A program made the translations under genes and the position numbers. A stretch of 64,000 nt of DNA, taken from Xanthobacteraceae bacterium. Its GTDB lineage: Bacteria; Pseudomonadota; Alphaproteobacteria; Rhizobiales; Xanthobacteraceae. A model generated the notes under the pieces. It was not told the origin of the DNA and searched no databases. It saw nothing but the letters and a program-made list of their open reading frames with translations. Positions 57,882 to 64,000 of this stretch are shown here, piece after piece (positions within the stretch are counted from its first letter, which is position 1; the number at the start of each line of letters is the position of its first letter). The stretch spans positions 106,011 through 170,010 of the forward strand of contig DATBHG010000009.1 in NCBI GenBank assembly GCA_036557665.1, read 5' to 3'.

Positions 57882-58667
57882 TCATGCACCGCCTGCGGCG
57901 ACCAGTGCCAGGACGCGCAGCGGACTACCCGAGCCCTGCTTGATCTTGAGCGGCGCCGCGATGATCACCGCGCCCTTGGGCGGCAGCACATGCAAGTTGG
58001 TGAGACACTGCAGCCCGAACCGCCCCTTGCCGTGCATATAGAAGTGCGCGGGATAAGGCGGATTGAAATGTTGCCCCTGGCCGAAATCGGTGCCGATGGT
58101 CTCGGTGCCAAAGCCGCGCACGTCGCGTTCCTCGACGAACCACTTCACAACGGCGGGCTCGGGCCCCGGAGTATGCGCGCCGTCGTCGCGCAATCCGGCA
58201 TAGTCGGTGTAAGTGCGTTGCGACCAGTCGGTGCGCAGCAGCACCCAGCTTCCGGCTTCGATCTTGCCGTGAGCCGCCTCCCATTGCTCGACGAACGCAA
58301 TCGTCAAGACGAAATCCGGATTGGCTGCGCACTGCCTGGTGCAGTCGATCACGGCCGCCGGCGCGATGAATCGCGCGACATCGATCGTGTCGACCGCATT
58401 GTTCGGCAGGTCCTTGCCGGAAATCCAGTGGATCGGCGCGTCGAAGTGCGTCCCCGTATGCTCGCCCAGACTGATGTTGTTCCAGTACCAGGCCGGCCCG
58501 CGCTCGTCGTAGCGCGAGATCTCTTCCATCCGGAACGGCGCGCATTGCCCGAGCTCCGGCGGCAGCGCAATGGTCGGGAACTCCTGGGCGAGCGTCTGGG
58601 TGAGGTCGATCACCTGGATGTCGCCATTGGCGATCGCGCGCGCGAAGGAGAGAAGATCAAATGCCAT
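57882..58667 (-). CDS. cyclase-family protein (kynurenine-formamidase-like metal hydrolase)
   Basis: ORF 57882..58940 trimmed to ATG 58667 (GGAG 5 nt upstream). The motif is SLGEHTGTHFDAPIHW (HxGTHxDxPxH). An alternative ATG at 58682 would overlap the upstream stop as ATGA. Confidence 0.75.
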   Translation of the reverse strand: MAFDLLSFARAIANGDIQVIDLTQTLAQEFPTIALPPELGQCAPFRMEEISRYDERGPAWYWNNISLGEHTGTHFDAPIHWISGKDLPNNAVDTIDVARFIAPAAVIDCTRQCAANPDFVLTIAFVEQWEAAHGKIEAGSWVLLRTDWSQRTYTDYAGLRDDGAHTPGPEPAVVKWFVEERDVRGFGTETIGTDFGQGQHFNPPYPAHFYMHGKGRFGLQCLTNLHVLPPKGAVIIAAPLKIKQGSGSPLRVLALVAAGGA

Positions 58668-58678
58668 GGAGACTCCGT

Positions 58679-59920
58679 TCATGTGGCCATTTCCCGCTCG
58701 AGCGCCTTCGGGTTGACCGCGAGACGTTGCCGGATGTCCTCGGCGACATCGCCCACGAACACGTCCTCGAGCCCCTGCCGGAGCGCGCGTACCACCGCGT
58801 TGGCGAGAGCCGCCGGCGTCAGTTTTGGCGGCGGCACGGTTTGAAACCATTCGCTCTCGATCGGCCCGAAGAGGACATTGAGCACTTTCACTCCTCCCGC
58901 CCGCAGCTCCGCGCGCATGCATTGCGCCGCCGACAGGCAAGCCGCCTCGGCCGCGGAATAGCTGCCATACGCCGGCCAGCTCGTCAGCGCATGCACCGAG
59001 ATCAGGTTGACGAAGGCCGTCGCCGAGCTCACGCCGTCCGCGCCGCGCAAACGAAGGATCGGACCGAACGCCTGGGCAAGGCGCATGAGGCCGAGATAGC
59101 GAACGTCGATCTGCTCGCGCGCGACCGTGAGCCCACGGCGATCCACCACCCCGCCGGCGCGAATGTGCTCCGCCGTATTGATCAGAATGTCGATACGGGA
59201 ACCGTTCTGCTCGGCTTGCTCGGTCACGGATTCCGTATCGGTCACGTCCAGCGGCACGATCTCGACGCGCTCAATCTTGCGCAGCGCGTCGAGACCCGGA
59301 AACGGCTTCCATGGATCGGCGATGCCGACAAAAACGATGGAGGCGCCGGCATCGGCAATTGCTTTGGCGATGGCTTGGCCGGTGCTCGTGCGGCCGTCCG
59401 TAATGAGGACGCGGCGGAACTTCGGGTCGCAGGTCATCTCGCGCAGCTGCGGGTCGTCAGCCATGTTCTCCGTATCCTTTTCCGGCAGCGCCATGACGAC
59501 GGCCGAGCCGCTCTTGTCGAGCTTGAGTTGGAGCCGCACGCGCGCGCCTTCGGCCGCATCGTCATGGAGATGCACAACCACGATCGGACCGACATCGAGC
59601 TTCACCGTCCCCACCCGCCACGGCGTGCGCTCGCGGAAATAGGGGTCAGTCGAGGTCCGCACCGTGGTTTCCGCGAGCAGCGTGCCGCGCCCATCCACAT
59701 CCCGGAACGGCAGGCGCGCCGACAGGCATGCCGGACAGGCGTCGCGCGGGGGGTAAATGACGCAATCGCAGTCGAGACAGACCTGCAGGGCGAAACGTCC
59801 CTCCGCCGCGGCGGCGGTCAGTCCATGCGCGGTGCGGCTGCGCACGCCCGGCGGCGTCAGCGGCAGCCGCGTGCGTTTGAGCGGGTTCTTGCGTCTCGGT
59901 CGAGCAAGCGGTTTGGTCAC
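58679..59920 (-). CDS. fusion protein: DUF35 Zn-ribbon/OB-fold domain + short-chain dehydrogenase/reductase domain
   Basis: ORF 58679..60292 trimmed to GTG 59920, which overlaps the thiolase-like stop as GTGA. The N-terminal part is LQVCLDCDCVIYPPRDACPACLS..LLAETTV (DUF35 pattern). The C-terminal part is RVLITDGRTSTGQAIAKAIADAGA..YSAAEAA (Rossmann fold plus YxxxA/K-like SDR core). Confidence 0.6.
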   Translation of the reverse strand: MTKPLARPRRKNPLKRTRLPLTPPGVRSRTAHGLTAAAAEGRFALQVCLDCDCVIYPPRDACPACLSARLPFRDVDGRGTLLAETTVRTSTDPYFRERTPWRVGTVKLDVGPIVVVHLHDDAAEGARVRLQLKLDKSGSAVVMALPEKDTENMADDPQLREMTCDPKFRRVLITDGRTSTGQAIAKAIADAGASIVFVGIADPWKPFPGLDALRKIERVEIVPLDVTDTESVTEQAEQNGSRIDILINTAEHIRAGGVVDRRGLTVAREQIDVRYLGLMRLAQAFGPILRLRGADGVSSATAFVNLISVHALTSWPAYGSYSAAEAACLSAAQCMRAELRAGGVKVLNVLFGPIESEWFQTVPPPKLTPAALANAVVRALRQGLEDVFVGDVAEDIRQRLAVNPKALEREMAT

Positions 59921-61110
59921 GCCTCTCTCGCAAGGATGGCAGCGCAGGACGACAGCCCGCGATCGTAGTTGATCATACCGAATCCGGAAACGACGCAGGC
60001 CTTCGCCTCGGGCACCTGCGAGCCGAGAGACTGCGCGATGAGCTGGCGCATGGCTTCGACCAGCCCGAGCAGGCCCCCGGCGGCGCCCGCCTGCCCGACC
60101 GAGAGCTGCCCGCCCGATGTGTTGTGCGGGAACGTGCCGTCGTTGGTGAGGGTGTGCGAGCGAACGAAGTCCGGCCCCTCGCCCTTGGAGCAAAAACCGA
60201 GATCCTCGAGCTGCATCATCGCTATGACGGGATAATCGTCGTACGTCTCGACGAAATCGACGTCCTTCGCCGCCAGTCCTGCCATCGCCCACAACTCGTC
60301 GGTATCGAGCGCCCAGCCGCCGCGTATCTGCATCGGATCGTCCGGAAAGGCATTGTGTCGCTCGATCGTCGAGAGGATCCGAACGCCAGGCAGGTGCAGC
60401 GACTTGGCCGTATCCTCACGGCAGACGAGAAACGCCTCCGCGCCCGCACACGGCATCACACAGTCGAACAGATGCAGCGGGTCGGCGATGGGTCGCGCCG
60501 ACATGTATTCATCGAGCGTGAGGCGCTTCTTCATCATCGCGTGCGGAATGGAGAGGGCGTTCTCGCGCTGCGCAATGCACATCTTGGCGAAGTCCTCCCG
60601 CTTGGCGCCGTATTTGTTCATGTAATTCCTGGTGATCAGTGCAAACGAGGCATTGGCACCGCCGGATCCATAGGGATAGACCGCGTCCTGCGCAAAACGG
60701 GAAAAGCTGGAAAGCGTCTTACGGAACGAGTCGATGTGATTTGTGTCGCCGGCGACGCAGGCCACGATCTCCGCATCACCGGCCTGCACGGCGCGCGCCG
60801 CGCGGCGCAAAGCCACGACACCGCTCGCGCCCCCGAAAGGAATATGATCGAGCCAGCGCGGGGACAGCCCGAAATGCTGCGTGAGCCCGACCGCGGTATC
60901 CGGCGCGACGGTAAAGCTCGACACGGCAAGACCGTCGATATCCTTCACCCGCAATCGCGCGCGTTGTGTCAGCCCATGCAGCGCGCGCCCCAACCACCAG
61001 TGGGCGCTGTTGGTCGAGTACCGCCGATATGGAATGGTGACCGGGAGGCAGGCGACCACGCCTTGGTAAGACTTTCGCATCGTGCGCGATCTCATGCGCT
61101 CAATAGCCAC
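59917..61110 (-). CDS. thiolase-like protein (SCP-x / non-condensing thiolase family)
   Basis: DIDGLAVSSF..GGASGVVALRRAARAVQAGDAEIVACVAGD..CDCVMPCAGAEAFLV..NTSGGQLSVGQAGAAGG. This family typically partners with DUF35 proteins. The start is ambiguous (GTG 61110, ATG 61095 or ATG 61080). Confidence 0.75.
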   Translation of the reverse strand: MAIERMRSRTMRKSYQGVVACLPVTIPYRRYSTNSAHWWLGRALHGLTQRARLRVKDIDGLAVSSFTVAPDTAVGLTQHFGLSPRWLDHIPFGGASGVVALRRAARAVQAGDAEIVACVAGDTNHIDSFRKTLSSFSRFAQDAVYPYGSGGANASFALITRNYMNKYGAKREDFAKMCIAQRENALSIPHAMMKKRLTLDEYMSARPIADPLHLFDCVMPCAGAEAFLVCREDTAKSLHLPGVRILSTIERHNAFPDDPMQIRGGWALDTDELWAMAGLAAKDVDFVETYDDYPVIAMMQLEDLGFCSKGEGPDFVRSHTLTNDGTFPHNTSGGQLSVGQAGAAGGLLGLVEAMRQLIAQSLGSQVPEAKACVVSGFGMINYDRGLSSCAAILAREA

Positions 61111-61169
61111 CGCAGCAAACGTCTGCTTATATGCTTATGCGCAGGCGGGTTCGATCGCCTGCAAACGCG

Positions 61170-61240
61170 CTCAAAGGCTTTAAGCTCAAAGGCTTTAAGC
61201 TTGCTTGCACCTCATCTTTAGTTATAACAATCGTTATTAC
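61170..61240 (+). promoter_or_regulatory. candidate promoter/operator of the antitoxin-doc operon
   Basis: A perfect 2 x 15-bp tandem repeat CTCAAAGGCTTTAAG lies at 61170-61184 and 61185-61199. TTGCTT-N16-TATAAC is promoter-like (61201-61228). The palindrome GTTATAAC (61221-61228) has a near copy GTTATTAC at 61233-61240. All lie within 90 nt upstream of ATG 61259. Confidence 0.4.
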
Positions 61241-61258
61241 ACGACGATAGAGCTGGTT

Positions 61259-61486
61259 ATGGTCGCGCTCAAGCTGCGCAAGGTAGGCCATTCCGTTGGA
61301 GTTCTTTTCCCACGGGATGTCCTCACAGCAATGAAAGTCAATGAAGGGGACACTCTGTACCTCACAGAAGCCCCTGGCGGGTACCGGCTGACCCCCTACG
61401 ATCCCGAGTTCGAGCAGCAGATGTCGATCGCGCGAGAGATTATGAATAGCGGCCGCAACATGCTGCGTGAACTTGCGGAGAAGTGA
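61259..61486 (+). CDS. AbrB/MazE/SpoVT-type antitoxin
   Basis: ORF 61205..61486 trimmed to ATG 61259. MVALKLRKVGHSVGVLFPRDVLTAMKVNEGDTLYLTEAPGGYRLTPYDPEF is a swapped-hairpin (SpoVT/AbrB) motif. Its stop overlaps the downstream doc start as GTGA. Confidence 0.75.
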   Translation: MVALKLRKVGHSVGVLFPRDVLTAMKVNEGDTLYLTEAPGGYRLTPYDPEFEQQMSIAREIMNSGRNMLRELAEK

Positions 61487-61861
61487 AGCACTGGGTTTCG
61501 CTCCTTGTCGTCCGGACTATCCATGAAGAGCAGATAGCCGAGCACGGCGGAGTTGACGGCGTCCACGATCCGGCGTTCTGGAATCGGCGCTTCACCGACC
61601 CCAAGATCCGGAAAGCTATGGATCGCCTGATCTGGCTGATCTCGCGGCCGCGTAGCCTTTGGGATTGCACGCAGCCACCCATTTCTCGACGGGAACAAGC
61701 GCACTTCGGTAGTGGCGACACGATTGTTTCTGCAACTCAATGGGCATGATCTTGCTGTGGATGAAGCGGAGCGGGTCGAAGTTTGGGTTGCGCTGGGTGC
61801 GGGCGAGATAGCCGAGAATGCTTTGGCGCAGTGGTTGCGTCGACACATCGTCAAGCTGTAG
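61483..61861 (+). pseudogene. doc: doc (Fic-fold death-on-curing toxin) gene with two single-base frame disruptions
   Basis: Frame A (61483-~61574) gives VKHWVSLLVVRTIHEEQIAEHGGVDGVHDP. Frame A+2 (61575-61652) gives VLESALHRPQDPESYGSPDLADLAAA, then TAG. Frame A+1 (61652-61858) gives VAFGIARSHPFLDGNKRTSVVATRLFLQLNGHDL..RRHIVKL, then TAG at 61859-61861. The Fic/Doc motif HPFxDGNKR is present. Confidence 0.7.
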
Positions 61862-61885
61862 AGCATTTTGCAAATAGATCTTGCC

Positions 61886-63496
61886 ATGACATCAGCATCG
61901 GCGTTGCGCAGGCATTGGGCGCAATCGTTTGCGCCGCCCGATCGCACCCTTCCGGCGATGCTCATCCGCCAAGCAGGGCGCTTCGCGCATAAGCCTCTGG
62001 TCAGCGCCGGCGAGACGACATGGACCTATGCCGAGACCCGCGAGGCCGCCGCCCGTTGTGCCGGGATGCTGCGCTCCGCCGGCATAAGGCCTGGCGATCG
62101 GGTCGCCCTCATCTGCTCCAACCGCATCGAATTTCTCGAAATCGTGCTGGGCTGCGCCTGGCTGGGCGCGGTTGCCGTTCCCATCAACGTCGCCTCGCGC
62201 GGACCACAGCTTCAGCACATTCTGTCCAATTGCGCGGCACGGCTGCTGGTGCTGGAGGCGGCCTATGCGGAGAATCTCGCAATGCTCCAGGCGCGCGAGC
62301 TTGCCATCGAATCCATCTGGCTGATCGATGCCGGTGAGGAAATCCGCCTGGGAGACATTGTGTCCATCCCGCTGCCGCGGCCGAATGAGCGCATCGCGCC
62401 TGCTGCGGTCCGGCCCGGTGACCTCGCGCTGATTCTCTATACATCAGGCACGACCGGCCCCTCGAAAGGGGTGTGCTGCCCGCATGCGCAATATTTCTGG
62501 TGGTCGGTCAACACCGCCTCGCTGTTGCAGTTGCGCGCGGAGGACGTGCTGTGCACCAGCCTGCCGTTGTTTCATACCAACGCGCTCAACACGTTCTATC
62601 AGGCGCTTCTGACCGGCTCGCGCGTACGTTTCGAGAAGCGTTTCTCCGCCTCGCAATTTTTTGCCTCCCTCGCGCAGCACCATGCGACCGTGAGCTACCT
62701 GCTCGGCGCCATGGTTCCGATCCTCCTCTCCCGGCCTCCTTCTCCCGGCGAGACCGCGCATCGCGTGCGCATCGCCCTCGCGCCCGGCGTACCGGCTCAG
62801 TTTCACCCGGAATTCAAGCAACGCACCGGCATTGCCTTGCTCGACGGCTGGGGGGCGACAGAAACCAATTTCGTGCTTGGTACGACCGTCGAGCAGCAGA
62901 AGCCGGGATCGATGGGGCCGGTGTTCGAAGGCTTCCACGCCTGCGTGGTCGACGGCGAGGACAACCCCGTCGCCGATGACACGCCCGGCGAGCTTATCGT
63001 GCGCGCGGATGAGCCGTTTGCCTTCGCCACGGGCTATTTCCGCGACCCGCAGAAGACCATCGAGGCATGGCGCAATCTCTGGTTCCACACCGGAGATCGG
63101 GTCGTGCGCCAATCGGACGGCTATTTCCGGTTTGTCGATCGGCTGAAGGATGCGATCCGGCGGCGCGGCGAGAACATCTCGTCCTTCGAGGTCGAGCAGG
63201 TCCTGCTCAGCCACCCGGCCGTCGCGAACGCAGCCGCATTTCCCGTTCCTTCGCCGCTGGCCGAGGATGAGGTCATGGCCGCCGTCATCGTGCATCCGGG
63301 CAAGCAGCTGACCGAAGCCGAGCTGATTGCGTTTTGCGAGCCCCGCCTGCCCAGATTCGCCGTGCCCCGCTATCTCGAATTCGTGCACGACCTCCCCTGC
63401 ACCGAGAACGGCAAGGTACAAAAATACAAATTGCGCGAGCGCGGCATCACCGCGCGCACCTGGGACCGCGAAGCTAGTGCGTATGCCGGTGCTTAA
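61886..63496 (+). CDS. AMP-dependent acyl-CoA synthetase/ligase
   Basis: ORF 61868..63496 trimmed to ATG 61886. The AMP-binding motif is LILYTSGTTGPSKGV, followed by GWGATET, FHTGDRV and KDAIRRRGENIS. Confidence 0.85.
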   Translation: MTSASALRRHWAQSFAPPDRTLPAMLIRQAGRFAHKPLVSAGETTWTYAETREAAARCAGMLRSAGIRPGDRVALICSNRIEFLEIVLGCAWLGAVAVPINVASRGPQLQHILSNCAARLLVLEAAYAENLAMLQARELAIESIWLIDAGEEIRLGDIVSIPLPRPNERIAPAAVRPGDLALILYTSGTTGPSKGVCCPHAQYFWWSVNTASLLQLRAEDVLCTSLPLFHTNALNTFYQALLTGSRVRFEKRFSASQFFASLAQHHATVSYLLGAMVPILLSRPPSPGETAHRVRIALAPGVPAQFHPEFKQRTGIALLDGWGATETNFVLGTTVEQQKPGSMGPVFEGFHACVVDGEDNPVADDTPGELIVRADEPFAFATGYFRDPQKTIEAWRNLWFHTGDRVVRQSDGYFRFVDRLKDAIRRRGENISSFEVEQVLLSHPAVANAAAFPVPSPLAEDEVMAAVIVHPGKQLTEAELIAFCEPRLPRFAVPRYLEFVHDLPCTENGKVQKYKLRERGITARTWDREASAYAGA

Positions 63497-64000
63497 TGCC
63501 CGGGCGCACCCTGGAACATATGCGTGACCCAATGCAGCGCCTCGTGCGGTACGTCGGGGGCGAACAGGCCGAGCGCGGTGAAGAGGAGGCCGACGACGCC
63601 GAGCGCGGCGGCGCCATAAGCGAGCGCGAGCATGCCGGTGATCACCGATGCCGAGGCGAGCACGATCCCGATCTGATAGGCCGCCGAGCCGAGCTCATAA
63701 TTATGGTAGCGCGACATCGCGACGTCGCGGTCGCGCTCGTATCGCTCGGCCTGCGCTCGCAGCTCCTTGCGCCCGTCGCCCTGCGGGGGGTCGGATTCGT
63801 AGCGCTTGACGGTCGCATTCCACGCATCCACCTGCTTGCTCAGCGCCGCCCTGGATGCATCGTCGGGGCGCGCCGTGAGCTCCGCCGCCATCGCTTCCGC
63901 GGCCGTGCGCAGCGCCGTCTGTCGAACGGTCTTTGCCTGGAAGAAATTCCAGGTATCCGACGCCCTGATATTGAGCTCGATGCCCGCGGTCTGCGCGCTC
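63493..64000 (-). CDS. DUF4337-family membrane protein; N-terminus beyond window edge
   Basis: The track lists 63493..63891, but the frame stays open to the window end (..SAQTAGIELNIRASDTWNFFQAKTVRQTALRTAAEAMAAEL..). The ASD.WNFFQAK motif and a C-terminal TM pair are typical of DUF4337. Confidence 0.55.
   Translation of the reverse strand, partial: SAQTAGIELNIRASDTWNFFQAKTVRQTALRTAAEAMAAELTARPDDASRAALSKQVDAWNATVKRYESDPPQGDGRKELRAQAERYERDRDVAMSRYHNYELGSAAYQIGIVLASASVITGMLALAYGAAALGVVGLLFTALGLFAPDVPHEALHWVTHMFQGAPGH

Noticed and set aside
61141-61162. GCAGGCG-GGTTCGAT-CGCCTGC as a tRNA T-arm fragment (possible att site remnant next to the TA module)
   Set aside because: The loop is 8 nt rather than the canonical 7-nt TTCGAAT-type loop. 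No acceptor stem or CCA context is present, and no integrase or direct repeat partner is in the window.

Overview
This is a 64-kb, high-GC alphaproteobacterial chromosomal segment. Gene content and synteny look Bradyrhizobiaceae/Nitrobacteraceae-like, but the taxon cannot be verified here.

Contents:
- Most of the window is tightly packed core metabolism. sdhCDAB lies on the minus strand (5985-9402) with three extra genes directly downstream. mdh-sucC-sucD-sucA-sucB-lpdA lies on the plus strand (27251-36352).
- Other gene sets are: a LysR regulator with tam and a DinB-family gene; a sugar-type ABC importer plus a GMC oxidoreductase (12298-18304); a conserved tesA / ybbA-ybbP-like set (20502-24491); thpR, zapE and GNAT genes; a Tat-exported PaoABC-like molybdo-aldehyde oxidoreductase (36730-40683); a Liv-type ABC importer fused in an operon with an amidohydrolase and an 'amino acid synthesis' family gene (41847-48039); a hopanoid-associated-looking envelope-lipid neighbourhood (HpnM-like MlaC, HpnN-like RND, MlaA/VacJ, GT4, HpnG-like phosphorylase, HpnL-like membrane protein; 49369-57600); a thiolase-like / DUF35-SDR fusion / cyclase operon (57882-61110); an AbrB-type antitoxin with a decayed Doc toxin (61259-61861); and an acyl-CoA ligase.
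- I recognised no rRNA, tRNA, CRISPR array, transposase or integrase.

Method and limits: all protein calls rest on motif and family recognition of the supplied translations plus my own hand translation. No searches were run. Many long ORFs in the track are antisense or off-frame artefacts of the high GC content, and I trimmed several N-terminal extensions.

Hunt result: I did not find a convincing self-contained novel defence-type system. The items most worth follow-up are:
1. An 880-bp gene-free gap holding a perfect 3x11-nt tandem repeat whose core is complementary to the ribosome-binding site of the next gene.
2. An RND (HpnN-like) gene flanked by MlaC-like and MlaA-like genes with no MlaFEDB genes in the window.
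3. A Doc toxin inactivated by two single-base frame disruptions beside an intact antitoxin and a repeat-rich operator region.
4. A structured REP-like element between sucB and lpdA.
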